From: Blepharisma stoltei ATCC 30299
Lineage: Eukaryota; Protista; Ciliophora
Length of the DNA: 64,000 nt
Direction: 5' to 3'
NCBI GenBank assembly: GCA_965603825.1
Contig: CBFDEM010000053.1
Coordinates: forward strand, 1,178,001 to 1,242,000
Shown: in pieces, positions 1-11,919 of the stretch
Layout: the number at the start of each line of letters is the position of its first letter
Position numbering within the stretch: position 1 is the stretch's first letter
Position numbers and translations under genes: made by a program
Notes under the pieces: model-generated
Seen by the model: the letters and a program-made list of their open reading frames with translations, nothing else
What the model was told of the DNA's origin: nothing
The model's database searches: none

Positions 1-55
1 AGTAAGTATACGGTGAGAATTATTATAGGAATAATTATAGTCTTATTAAATTAAT

Positions 56-415
56 ATGGATAAAGCTATACAAATTTTGGATTTTATTGATGCAAATGAA
101 TTAGAGTGAATTAATTTGAGAAGAGAGCTAAAAGAAGAAATGTTTGGAGGATTAAGTGAATTAGCAAACTTTAATTTAACAAGAGAAGGAGTTGGATTGG
201 ATATATCAACTTTGATTGAAGATGAAAGCACTGTCAACGTTGATTTTTCTGGGGATAGAGTCAGGATAATTGAAAATCCGCAGCCTAAATTAGCATTTCC
301 TTATAATCAGCCTCCGATTGCCAAGGCAAAGAGAAGGTTCCAAAATGTCCTTCAAAAAGCTGCTGATTTAATATTATTACGCCAAAAACTCAACACAATT
401 TTATTAGAAAATTAA
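56..415 (+). CDS. Small coiled-coil protein, possibly Vma22/CCDC115-like V-ATPase assembly factor (119 aa, one UGA-Trp)
   Basis: ATG at 56 is in frame with track ORF 116..415 through TGA at 107. The pattern RRELKEEMFGGLSELA...AFPYNQPPIAKAKRRFQNVLQKAADL resembles CCDC115/Vma22 (recalled, not searched). Confidence 0.45.
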
Positions 416-485
416 CTTCAATTCATTGAGAATAATTTATGATTTAAGAACTTTAATGCTTAGTGATTATGCTGTTCTAAGCTTA

Positions 486-1904
486 TTAATATCTAGCAAA
501 CTTTTCCATTGCTTGGCCTATCCACTGATTGATCATTGCGACTTCTCTGGAGCGTGCATAGATAACAGACTGAGGATCTCTTGGGTTAGGAGTTCTTAAG
601 TCCAAATGATGAGCTCCTCCTTTGATTCCAATAACTGTAGTTTGATCATTAATAGGTTCCTGTATGCACCCACCTCCCCATGGATCAAGAGTTCCATAAG
701 AAAATACAATATTTGAAGCTGAAGCCAGAGTAACATTGACATCAAATGTCCCCATTCCATAGTTTATAGGTGCCCAATCAGGTCTCGGCTGAACTCCAAA
801 TAATCCTTGGCACATCTTAGCCCATTGCTGGTAATTCCAAGGTCTCACTGGGTACATATCATTAGGCAGCCCATATTGGCCTAATGGGAAAATAAGCTCG
901 GTGCAAGTTTGGTAAGTCCATGGGTCTAGGCCACTTCCTTCACCTCCATAGATATCGAAACAAGTTAAGTTTCCAGTCCAGTTATAAACCAAATTATTAA
1001 TCTGAGCAAAGCCCATCAAAGCTTGCCACATGTTTTCATTCTGAGAAAATTGAGACATAATGGAGCATGACACATTCACAGGGAATCCTGGCAAAAGGCC
1101 TCCTACATTGGCAGGGTATGGGTAATCAAGCTGCGACATGTCTTGGAAAGCGCCTGTAATGAAATCTTCTAAAGCTAGCACGTCACCTTGCTCTTGTATT
1201 GACTGGCATGGGTTGAAAATGTTTTCAAGGGCTGTATAAGTTAAAGGCCTGTCAATAAAGTTATCTAGGATGAGGAATCCATTGTGGATGTTCCCTTCAC
1301 AGTCTCTTTCTACATTGAAATAGTCGTTTGTGCTGATTCTTGCATAAGAAGTACCATTAACGTCTTGAGGCATTAAAACAGGGGCAGAGCTCGCGATGGC
1401 ACCGTCCACAAATTGTGGATACTTAACGCGGAAGTAAGCTGCAAGCATCCCACCGTATGAGCCTCCAAATACAATAACTGGGGTTGAGTTGCTTGGCTTT
1501 AGCTGCTGGATGATGTCAGCGAAATCCCAAAGGACTTGGTCAGTGCTCAGGTATTTCCATGAAAATGGGCTTGGGATTGATTCACCATAGTATCGATGCT
1601 CAATAAACGCAACTGATGCATTGTATTGTGGACCAAGGGTACCAACAAGCCACCCAGTCATTTGATAAAATTGAGTGATTGGGCCTTCATTGCCAGTGTA
1701 AACAAAGAGAGGTGCGGTAGGGCTTCCCTGACTGAAAAGCACTCGGATGTTAATTGTGCCTGGATCTCTATTGATGTGATCTAGTTGCTCAGTAAACCAG
1801 AGTGTTTTATAATTCGGACCAATCTCAAGCGGCTCATCATTATTGAGTCTTGTAAGGCGTTTTGAGAAAACACCTAAGAAAAGTGTGAAAAAGAGTGGCA
1901 CCAT
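486..1904 (-). CDS. PRCP: Lysosomal Pro-X carboxypeptidase (peptidase S28)
   Basis: Signal peptide, YTGNEG, EHRYYGES, GGSYGG nucleophile elbow, SSAP, DPW and AHHLDLR motifs. Confidence 0.92.
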   Translation of the reverse strand: MVPLFFTLFLGVFSKRLTRLNNDEPLEIGPNYKTLWFTEQLDHINRDPGTINIRVLFSQGSPTAPLFVYTGNEGPITQFYQMTGWLVGTLGPQYNASVAFIEHRYYGESIPSPFSWKYLSTDQVLWDFADIIQQLKPSNSTPVIVFGGSYGGMLAAYFRVKYPQFVDGAIASSAPVLMPQDVNGTSYARISTNDYFNVERDCEGNIHNGFLILDNFIDRPLTYTALENIFNPCQSIQEQGDVLALEDFITGAFQDMSQLDYPYPANVGGLLPGFPVNVSCSIMSQFSQNENMWQALMGFAQINNLVYNWTGNLTCFDIYGGEGSGLDPWTYQTCTELIFPLGQYGLPNDMYPVRPWNYQQWAKMCQGLFGVQPRPDWAPINYGMGTFDVNVTLASASNIVFSYGTLDPWGGGCIQEPINDQTTVIGIKGGAHHLDLRTPNPRDPQSVIYARSREVAMINQWIGQAMEKFARY

Positions 1905-2611
1905 TTATTTCTCCCAGACTTTAGGAAAAGCTTTAGGTATTCATTCAGCGCAAATAAATCAACAGCTGATTTTATGTGAAATTTTGTGATGTTATTGGTG
2001 AAAAGATCAGAGTTTGGGAAAATATTAGTTAAATGTTAAAAAATGTGAAATTCTAATAAGTAAATCAATTAAATGAATAATTTTAAAATGCATATTCTAT
2101 GAAAAATTGTATGCATCATTTAATCTTTAGATGCGTTATTGATATTTTTCAAACAAAGAGCTTCTTTGGCTTGCATCTAAACTCTTTGAACTAAAGATTT
2201 GTCTAAGCCTGCTTAAATCATTCCATGTAGAGCTCAATATTTAGATAAAAGAAAGGCTGCATCCTAGATTTTATAATTATTACTTCTATAAATTAACACA
2301 ATAATTATGATTACTCCATTTAAGTATATCTGAAAACATTAATTCTTGTAGTTGCTTAAAGTTAATTTTTAATTGTGTTTATAGTCCAATCCTTCTTAAT
2401 TAAGCACTTTATAAATACTTTAATAAATAATCAATAAATTTAGATATCAAAATTCCATTTAAATATTTAATTTAAATTCATATCTGTAGAGTCAAAAACC
2501 TTTAACTCTTTTCTAAATCGTTACATTAAAGTTTCATGATTCTAATTTTATTACCTCTCTACTTATTAGAAATACAATTAATACTTCTTAATAATAAAAT
2601 AATAACAAAAT

Positions 2612-3388
2612 ATGAACTGGAAGAAGAAACTCTCACTGTTTGGAGTAATTGGAGGGATACTCAGTTATGATGTGGTACTAATTTGCTACTTAGCTATGGC
2701 GAAATTCGAAGAGCCAATGATTATGCTTTTTTCTGATATCTTTTTCGCCCTCAGTTTCATAGCAAACCCTTTACTACTTGCGCTAATTACAAAATACACC
2801 TCTGAGTTTTATGGAACGAAATATATAAGCAGACTATTTCTGTTTTTCCCTTTATCTCTTTTCTTTACCAACACATTTCTCGCACTTCACCCTATAATTA
2901 TGCAAAAATTATTGAGGTTTATGGGAGTCCGTGACTACAGTATAATTCTTTATTCTATCATTTTCTTATACATGGGGAAATTATGTAGCACAGGGGTTTT
3001 AGACGTATTTTGCCAAGCACTTATTATAGGGAATAATATTTCAGCGTCAGGGAATATAACTCCTTTAGATTTAATTTACATTGTTGCTGTAATTATAGCC
3101 GGACTTATATTGTTTTCGCTATCATTATTTTGTTGTGCTGATATTATAGGGGAATATCTTGAGCAATATTCGGAACAAAATTCCATAAGAGAAACATTAA
3201 TTACTCCAAATTTTATTGAGTATACGAAGAACAGAAAGGAAGAAGTTTGTAATATATGCCTTGATGAATTCAAAGAAGGAGACCGAATGGGAGAAATGCC
3301 TAATTGTGAGCATGCGTTTCATCAAGAATGCCTGATGAAATGGCTTGAATATAAATCTATGTGTCCTATATGTAGAAATCAAGAATAA
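2612..3388 (+). CDS. Multi-pass membrane RING-H2 E3 ubiquitin ligase
   Basis: About 5 hydrophobic segments, then CNICLDEF...PNCEHAFHQECLMKWL...CPICR. Confidence 0.85.
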   Translation: MNWKKKLSLFGVIGGILSYDVVLICYLAMAKFEEPMIMLFSDIFFALSFIANPLLLALITKYTSEFYGTKYISRLFLFFPLSLFFTNTFLALHPIIMQKLLRFMGVRDYSIILYSIIFLYMGKLCSTGVLDVFCQALIIGNNISASGNITPLDLIYIVAVIIAGLILFSLSLFCCADIIGEYLEQYSEQNSIRETLITPNFIEYTKNRKEEVCNICLDEFKEGDRMGEMPNCEHAFHQECLMKWLEYKSMCPICRNQE

Positions 3389-3689
3389 ATTAATTTAATT
3401 TGTTTTGAGTTTTATGCTAGAATTATTGAGTTAATTAAATATTATTAATTTTTAAAAATTATAAAATATAATTGCAGGTAGATTATTAAGAATTCTTTAT
3501 TAATTTTAATAATTTTTGTTTTTGAAAGCTAATGAATAAAATAGATGGCAGATAACTCAAAAAAATCAGCTGAATATCATTGGCTGAGGCAGGGATCAAT
3601 GATATATTTATATATTGATATCCAATCATTAGAATTTTTCTGGAGTGTCGAATAGGTTCTATAAAAATTAGCAACCATTAATATAAACT

Positions 3690-4155
3690 GTGGTTTGGTA
3701 GTTATATTTAGTCATTATTTTCAGTTCAAATGCAGGGAGTTACCACAGGATTGATGATTAGCTCACTCAGTGACAATTGAAATCTTAGCTGAGATCTCCA
3801 GTCGTTGATTGTAACGGTTAAAATTAGGATACCTCCTCGGTGTTTACATCTGAGGATTTCTGAGCGATAGATATGGAAAAATGTTTTCTTTTAAGAAAAA
3901 TATCATAGTTTTGATTCTCACTTCTTTCGATTGACAAATTCTAGCTATATCATGGCTTTTATATTAGCTATATTTTTCGGTTTCAGAGCTTATGGAGATC
4001 TCATAATAGCTGGCATAATATTTTTAGTTTTATCCACCAAAAATATAAATTCGCTGGAATTAGTATTGTTAATGTGGATCGAAAAAAATGAAAAGTTAAT
4101 AGAAAATTATTTTCAAAATCTCCCAATGTTTCCTTTGAGGGCATCGTTTGCTTAA
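3690..4155 (+). pseudogene. Truncated, frameshifted MFS (SV2/SVOP-like) transporter relic
   Basis: MQGVTTGLMISSLSDNWNLS (frame of 3730), GYLLGVYIWGFLSDRYGK (frame of 3827; MFS motif A-like) and GFRAYGDLIIAGIIFL (frame of 3931) lie in three different frames. No canonical 15/16-nt intron repairs them, and only the N-terminal part of an MFS is present. Confidence 0.55.
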
Positions 4156-4327
4156 TTTTAACACTTTTTACGATTGAGAGCTCAAAAATTAAATAAATAA
4201 AATCGAAATTCATAACAAATTAAATAATTTCTTTTAGCTTAATAATGGTAGTTATTGCTCATAATTTTTGAATCTATAGATATTTTCAATCTCTCCTTAA
4301 TCCAATATATAAATTAGAGCTTAATTA

Positions 4328-6013
4328 ATGGAATTTCCAATTGAATCTAAAAATCAAGACTTATTCCTCATCATTGAAGGCGAAAAGTTTGAAATAGACA
4401 GCTGAATTTTAAGGGACATAAATGCAAAACTGCCTACTATTTTGCCTGCTTCTATAACAAAAACTCACTTTTCCCAATTTTGTGCTTTTCTTTCTTCACC
4501 AAAAACAAAAATCAAGGATCAAGAGTCATTATGCAAAATTTTTGAAATTGCAGCAATTCTTCAGCATCCACTTAGTGAAAAAATATCACAAAATATGATA
4601 ATCCCAAGACTTAACAAAAACTCTTCACTTATTTTCTTTGATGCAGCCGTTAACCAAATTAAGACACAAAACAATGATTTATGAAATGATATTTACGAGG
4701 CTTGTTTAGTTACAATTGATGATTATATTTTTGCATATACAAAAAATGATTTTTTATGTCTATCAATTGACTCTATTCAAGCCTTGCTGAATATATATTA
4801 CAATCAACAAGTAGCTTCAACAATAATTCTTGCATTAAAATTAAAGAGAGAGGCTTTAGGTATTTTTGATTTATTAAACAAAGAAGAGCTAATTAATAGC
4901 AAGTCATTCTTCCTACCTGATATAGACTATAATTGGGTTTTGCCAAAAGACAAAACTACTATTTACTTCGAAAGCGAAGCATTTTTAATAGAAAATCTCA
5001 AATTTTCACTGATTTTAATTAAATTTCCAAATGAAAATAAATGTGAGCTCTACCTTCAATCGTCAAGAAACGCTGAAGAACAAAGAATCATCACTTTAAG
5101 CTACACATTAAAAATCGCAGAAAAAAAATACAAAAATGTCGAGACAATTAATATGATTTCTGGGCCAAATTCCCAGTTTCTTATTCTCTCATTCGCTATA
5201 GACTTAATTAGCCAACATCTAGAAACCAGAATAAATTTCTGCTTAAAATTAGAAAAGATTATGTCAGCAATCCTCAATTACATTGCTGAGAATCCTGATG
5301 AAAGTTTATTAATTGAAGATCTTTCTACCTTTTCACGTGCTAGGCTAAGCCTATTACTTAAATTTAAGCATTTAAAAATTGCTAATGAAGATGATGCTTT
5401 AAATTTAGTAGGGAGATTTGCCCAGGAAAATAATATTAGTCATGATGCGCTCTCTGATCTACTAGGCCCTATTAAATGGGAATTTGTTTCTTCTAGAGCC
5501 TTATTCAGGTCTGCTTTTACTTATAAAGCTTTAGGAGAGTCTCCATATTTTATCCAAAAATTTAACCAAGAGTTATTTTTTAAGACAAATTGCCAGAAGA
5601 GGAAGCATCAAGAAAGGCCTAGACTAAGCTGTTTAGACCTCAAAAATGAAGGAAAAAATGTTCTTGATGACTTTTGCAATTGTTTTTTAGATGATGAGGA
5701 GCCACCAAAAGAAACTGAAGCTGTATATTTAAATGAAATTTTATGTAGGAAAGATTTAGAACTCCAAAACTTAAAAGGCTCATTCAATTCTCTCTCTTTA
5801 ACAAGATGCACAAGCACTCCTGACATTATGCAAACTAAGCCCCATGACGAAATGCTTGACATCAGTCCAGAATTCCCTCCAATGTCCCCAATAAAAAAAT
5901 TCAGACGGAGTGAGTCCCCATTAAACCCAATTCCTGAGCTTATTCTCCCAGACAAAGCAGAAACCACTGATTTCGCAATTCTCTCACTTCTCAGCAAGCT
6001 TGAAAAATATTAA
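4328..6013 (+). CDS. BTB/BACK-like domain protein (561 aa)
   Basis: Open from ATG 4328 with TGA-Trp at 4403 and 4682, joining track ORFs 4442 and 4784. N-terminal DLFLIIEGEKF (BTB-like start) and a later LKIANEDDALNLV...IKWEFVS (BACK-like). Confidence 0.6.
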
Positions 6014-6066
6014 CCTATCAATAATATAAATAGTAATCCTATTAAATCTGAAGTTTTTATATTTTA

Positions 6067-6984
6067 ATGGAGCCGAAGATTTATATAATCGGTGGAGGTG
6101 CTGTTTTGCTTATAGGTATCATCCTTTTTGCCTTATCATTTGACTCAATAGAGCCAACTGAATGGGGATTGTGCTACAATACTTGGACCAAGACAGTTTA
6201 TGAAGATGAAATCTACGCAGGAGGCAGATATGTGATAGGTTTCACTAACTCCTTTATAGCTTTCCCTAGGAATTTAAGAACTATTGAATTTTCTGATACC
6301 CCACATGCTCAAGGAGGGTCCCTTAAAACGAGAACTAAGGAAGGTCTTTCACTGGGTCTTGAACTGTCTTTCCAATATGAGCTGATTAGGAACAAAATAC
6401 CTAAGCTCTATGAAATTTCTAATGTGAATTTTGAACAAACCTTTATCAGAATTGCTAGAGACACGATTTTGCAAGAAGCAGGCAACCATCAAGCCCCTGA
6501 ATATTGGACCAATAGAACACAGATTGGAAATACAATGAGAGAAATCCTAGACGTTGAATTGCAGCATGCCTATGCATACTGTAGAAGCTTGCAAATAATG
6601 AAAATCATTTTACCTGATAGCTATGAGCAGAGCATTGTGGATACGCAAGTTGAAGTCCAGAAAACGACAATGAAAGGATTTGAGCAGCAAGCAGAAGTTG
6701 TGAGACAGAAAAGTTTGGTGCTTCAGTCAGAATGTGATCAAAACATTACCATTATTGAATCAAGTGCAAATGCCCAGGCTTATTTCTTGAAAGAGCTTGC
6801 AAAATCTATCGCGAGCACTAATACATTAGAAATGCAAGCATATGTCTACTCTCAAGCTATTGATCTTTTGGGCTTTTCTCAAGAAGAATTTAGTGAGTAT
6901 TTATTCTTAAGGTCAGTCAAAGATAAAGATAACGCTACCGTTGTTGTTGGAGTTGACAGCGCAATGATCCAAGTAAAAGGCTAA
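6067..6984 (+). CDS. SPFH/band-7 (prohibitin/erlin-like) membrane protein
   Basis: N-terminal TM, RTKEGLSLGLELSFQY, IILPDSYEQSI, C-terminal coiled coil. Confidence 0.85.
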   Translation: MEPKIYIIGGGAVLLIGIILFALSFDSIEPTEWGLCYNTWTKTVYEDEIYAGGRYVIGFTNSFIAFPRNLRTIEFSDTPHAQGGSLKTRTKEGLSLGLELSFQYELIRNKIPKLYEISNVNFEQTFIRIARDTILQEAGNHQAPEYWTNRTQIGNTMREILDVELQHAYAYCRSLQIMKIILPDSYEQSIVDTQVEVQKTTMKGFEQQAEVVRQKSLVLQSECDQNITIIESSANAQAYFLKELAKSIASTNTLEMQAYVYSQAIDLLGFSQEEFSEYLFLRSVKDKDNATVVVGVDSAMIQVKG

Positions 6985-7022
6985 ACTCTTTTAAGCTAAA
7001 CTCTTTGACTTACTTAGGTTTC

Positions 7023-8195
7023 CTATAATTTTACATCTAGTTCTCTAATTTCCATAAATTTATCTATGAGTTCATCAGTAACTTCTTTTTTCTTCACCTT
7101 ATGATCCTCTACCAGCTTTTGTAGCAGCCCAATTAAATCCTTCTTAACTTCCCCTGTTGTGATTTCTCCTTTTCCATATTTCTGCCTAATTTCATCTAAT
7201 CTTTCATCATCTTCCATAAGGAAACTTAAATATTGAAATGGGACATCAACTTCTAAGTTCGCGCCTTTCTCCCTGTGATCTTGCAACGTTTTTCCACCTC
7301 CAGAAAAGGCAAAACTTTTTATTTTTCTTTCAATTTCTTTTTTGCTATCTGTTAAATAGATTGCAGTGTTTTCGTCGCTTGCTGACATTTTAGTATGAAG
7401 TCCTTGTAGAGCAGGGAAAAATTTTGCATGAAGAACTGCGGGTTTTAAATAATTTATTTTTGGGGCTATGTCTCTGGTAAGCCTAAAATATGGGTCTTGA
7501 TCAATAGCTTCTGGGATTAAGCAAGGGATATCATTTTTATTTCTAAATATATGTGGAAAAGAATTCGAAAATGCTGGGACAGCTTGTAATGGAGGATAAG
7601 CGATTTTTCCTACACAGTCACTCCCATTGAAGCCGAAGCATCCAAAAATTTGATTTACTGTCAGATGTTTTTGCATTTTTAGAAAATTTGGATATAGGAA
7701 ATTAATGTAAGAAGTGTCTGTAAAAATAAAGGTCTTGTTTAAGTCAAAGCCACAGGCAATTATATCTCTAATATTTTCTCTTGAAAAATGCTTTACTTGC
7801 TCTAATGATAATTCTTGTCTATACAAATATTTTTCATCATCTGTAATTTGGATTACTACAGGGACATCAAATACTTCTTGAAGCCATTTGTTCAGTATAA
7901 ACGGTATCATATGCCCTAAATGCAGCGCAGCTGAGCTTGGGCCTCTTCCTGTATACAAGTAAAATGGCTTCTTCATCTTAGCTGTATTTAAAATCATCTC
8001 TAAATCTCTATGTGCAAAATAAATTCCTCTTCTTAATAAATGATGAGCTTTTTTCCCAGTTATTTCTTCAATTTCTTTAATATGAGCTGGTAGCACCTTT
8101 TGGCATCCAAATTGAGCTATAAGTTTGTCATAGTCGACTCCTTTTTCACTAGCTTGAATATTAAAAGGAGTGACTATATCTTCAATTAAATCCAT
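7023..8195 (-). CDS. WARS1: Cytosolic tryptophanyl-tRNA synthetase
   Basis: YLYTGRGPSS, HLGH (HIGH motif), AIDQDPYFR, KMSAS (KMSKS motif), AFSGG. Confidence 0.97.
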   Translation of the reverse strand: MDLIEDIVTPFNIQASEKGVDYDKLIAQFGCQKVLPAHIKEIEEITGKKAHHLLRRGIYFAHRDLEMILNTAKMKKPFYLYTGRGPSSAALHLGHMIPFILNKWLQEVFDVPVVIQITDDEKYLYRQELSLEQVKHFSRENIRDIIACGFDLNKTFIFTDTSYINFLYPNFLKMQKHLTVNQIFGCFGFNGSDCVGKIAYPPLQAVPAFSNSFPHIFRNKNDIPCLIPEAIDQDPYFRLTRDIAPKINYLKPAVLHAKFFPALQGLHTKMSASDENTAIYLTDSKKEIERKIKSFAFSGGGKTLQDHREKGANLEVDVPFQYLSFLMEDDERLDEIRQKYGKGEITTGEVKKDLIGLLQKLVEDHKVKKKEVTDELIDKFMEIRELDVKL

Positions 8196-8236
8196 TTATG
8201 TTTAAATGAATATATCTTACAAGAATTAATCAAAAT

Positions 8237-11200
8237 TTAGACTGGATCAGTGATGCAAAGCTTTTCGGAATCGAAATATAGAAGATCTACTACTTTGGAA
8301 AGGTTATCTTGAAGCATCTCTCGCTTCCTAACGTTAAGTAGACTGAGAAGATTGGAAAAAGACATATTCAACTCTTTGCTTTCTTGAGGATTTGTAGCCA
8401 AAATTGAAATTTGTTCTTTTCCACCGAAATCAAGTTCGTAAATTCTGACGAAATAAAAATTTTCTGATTTTAGCTTGCTTCTTCCTCTATATAGTAGCCT
8501 TCTTCTTGGCTTTTCTTTTGTTTCTGCTGTTCCTAAAACCACAAATCCATACTTAATCTCAACGATTTCAATAAGTTTTGTTTGATAAATCCCTATAAGT
8601 TCATCAAATTTTCATATCCCAAGCATTTCGCATATTTCACCTTCAGAGTAGCAGCTGTATTTTGGCTTTACAACTCCTGAAACTAAAGGAATAGCGTCTA
8701 CAATTACATTTGACTTTGCCAACTTTCCTCCTTGTTGACCTCCAAGGTCTTTAAAAGTTTTTTGGCTTAACCCTTCTTCTGTGACTGTGATAAAATATAA
8801 AACCCCGTTAAATTCTTTTTTGCCAAACGCGATATACTCTTTTAAAAGCTGATTTTTGATTTTTCTGCCTTTGAATCTTTTATAGTCTTTATATCTTCTT
8901 ATGCAGCTTTGAATCAGTAGAAGTGCTTTGGCTATATCCTCAGACTTTGCAGCTGGAGAGCTCCAGAATTCAAAATTTTCTTCAGAAATTGGTGAAATAT
9001 AGGAATTTAGGTTTGGAGGATTTCGAATACTAGTGCCAGCTGTCTGTGAAATATCAGTGCTTGATGGAAATGGATTGTTAAAACTTGGGCTATTAGGTTT
9101 ATTTTCTTTTGAAATTGGTTGAAGCTCTTTTATGGATGGGGGATTAGGAAGGTTTTTTGATGAAGTTAAGCTCACTCTTTGCTGCCTGACTGTTGGATTT
9201 TCTTCTGGCTTTGTTATTTTTGGAGGAGTCGGAGAAACTCTTATAGGGAGTTCTTTTGAGGTAGCTTTATTTAAAGGAGTTTTGGCTTCAGGCTCTTGCT
9301 TTGAGCTTTTTTCGGCGATCTTATTATTTTTTGGGTTTGAGAGAGATGAAATACCTGGCTGAGGGCTTAATCTGGAGATATTCTTTACTTCTTCAGTTAT
9401 TTTTGAAACTTGAAGCCTTTTAGATGAATATGATTTTTGTGTAATTTTATCTTTTTGATCTTGCTTTATTAAAAGAGTAGTCTCTTTATTGTTGTGGTTA
9501 TTTTTCTTCGCGCTTCCATCTGCTTCTGGTTCATGGCTTAGAAGGAGAGTATTTTTTTCATTGAAATTATGATTATCTTTTTTAGTACTTTTAGTTTCTT
9601 CCACTTCATTGTTTAAAAGGGAAGTGGTTTCCTCATTAAGATGAATAATTGATATCTGTGAAACGAACGATTTTTCAACAGGCTCACTTTCTCGTTTCCC
9701 ATCTTTCTCTTCTTTAATAGCATCAGATTTTGGATAATTGTTTTCTTCATGAAGATTCCCTATAGGAAATTGTGGACTCATTGGCTCTGTGTCGATTTTT
9801 TTATCATTTTTAGAATCAGCTCTCATAATACTTTGAGTAATTATCGAATTTTTCTCATTTAAAAGATATATTTTTTCATCAAAACCTAATGTTTTTTCTA
9901 TTTTGTCTTCCTTATTGCTCAGAGTTTTTTCTTTTGTGAAATCAATTTTTTCTAAAGTAAATTGATTTTCTTCAGAAATCGACTTATTTTCAATAGAGCT
10001 ATCTAGGGAGCCCTCATTTTTTGGGATTGAAGTAATTGATGAATAACCATTCGCTTCAATTATTGGCGTAGTTAGTAAATCTTCTTTACTTCATATATTT
10101 GTCTTTTTTTGTGATAAAGCTATTTCATCTGAAGCTTTTGTCTCTTCTTTATTAATCATTGCGGTAGTTTCACTATCTTCTTCACTTTCTTCATCTAAGT
10201 TTCCATCTTGGCTTATTTTATTATCAGTTAATATTTCCTTGCTTTGCAGCCTATCTGTCATATGTGGGCTTGGGTCTCGAGCACGATTAATAGTTGGGTC
10301 GTTTAAATATTTCAATGCAGGATTTAATTCTTTGCCAGAGTTTAGCATAAATGCTGCAGTATTATCAATTGGAATAAGCATATTTTTTTGTTGTATTTCA
10401 TGCAATTTTTTTAACTCCGCCCCCCGTGAATGACTCAATTTTTGGTCCTGCTTATATATATCGCTGTTTGATTTTAATCCTGGGAGCTTCATATTTTTCT
10501 TGTTATTTTGGGTTGCATTACTTTGTACTTTTCGACCATTTCCCTTACCAAATCTTTCTTCACTAGCCTTTATTGACGAATTTTCATTAGGAAATTGTGA
10601 CCTAATATATTGTAAATATTGGCTATTTTCTTCATTAATTTCATATTTTTCTTCAAGCTGCCTAATATAATTATATCATTGTTCTGCCTGCCCATTATTA
10701 TCTTGATTTATGCGAATAACACACAAGATACTAGCTGCATCGACCAAGCATTGAATAACTCCTTTATTTTCATTTGAATCTATATTTAACAGATGCTCAG
10801 CAAAGGAAACTGATTTTTTAGCCTTGCTGATCGCTTTGTCTATATTTTCATTTTCTAGATACAGTGTGCATACCCTTAAATAAATTTCAGGAATTTTCAC
10901 TCTGCAGCTTGGGTTTTCTTTTGCAAGCTTTAAGGCATCTTGTTGGCATTTTTTAAGCAGCCCAAGCTTATTTTCTGATTTAGCTATTTCCCCAAGTAAG
11001 AGTTTCATTTCGATATTGATCTCCGGGACCAATAAGTTGTATTTGGTGAGAAACGCCATAAACTTTTCAGAAATTTTCAGTGCTGAGTTTAGTTCAAAAT
11101 TATCAATGTAAGATTGAATTATTTCAATTGTGCGAGATGTGAAGGAAGCAATAAGACTTGTCGAGCCAGCGGTAAGATGTATGGAAAGCTCTGGAGAGCC

Positions 11201-11308
11201 AAGATCTGATGCGGAGATTAAGGATAATATTTTTTCTTCTATGTTAAATCTATCGATTGTTCCAGATAAGAGCTGTATTATATTAGAGGCTAGTTGAGAT
11301 TCTGACAT
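8237..11308 (-). CDS. Large hypothetical protein (1,023 aa): helical/TPR-like N-terminus, long low-complexity linker, IQ-like motif
   Basis: Track ORFs 10676, 10091, 8612 and 8237 share one frame and are joined only by TGA codons; the gaps were read and are open. IQ-like LLIQSCIRRYKDYKRF. Confidence 0.75.
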
Positions 11309-11919
11309 TGCTTTGGTTCGTGTAAGTTATTTTTATTGATTAGAGATAGGATTTACAATTATCTTTAATAAAAATTTGTTAAAAGTTATATAAACACTGC
11401 TTTTTAGGTCAGATAAAATTTTATGAATCCATTATTTATTTAATTAAGCATGCCTTATTCTATACCCATTTAAATTAAACATTAATATTAATAAAAGTTT
11501 GTGAAAAATAAATAAGCTTATCAAAAATATTCTATACCTGACAATAAGCAAGATTTAAAATAAATTTATTAATCAAATCATGGTTTTGAGTATCGTGTAT
11601 CTATTTAATTAATAAATCATTTTGTGATTTTGCTAATATGCGTCACTAGTTGCTTTTGCTTATGATATTTATAATTTAAAAATGATTTTGCATGCCGAGA
11701 TCTTAACTATAAATTTTGTATGTTTTATAATGGCTCTTTTACATATGATATTAGTAAAACAGCCAATGCAGCTTATGCACAATTTTAAAATGCATCATTT
11801 TCCATAATTATTAAAACAATATTGAAAAAGATATCCTCCTGGTAATTTATCAATATTGATTAATAGTAAAAACTTTTTTTTAATTAGTAATACTGATTTG
11901 GATAAATAATTTAATAATC

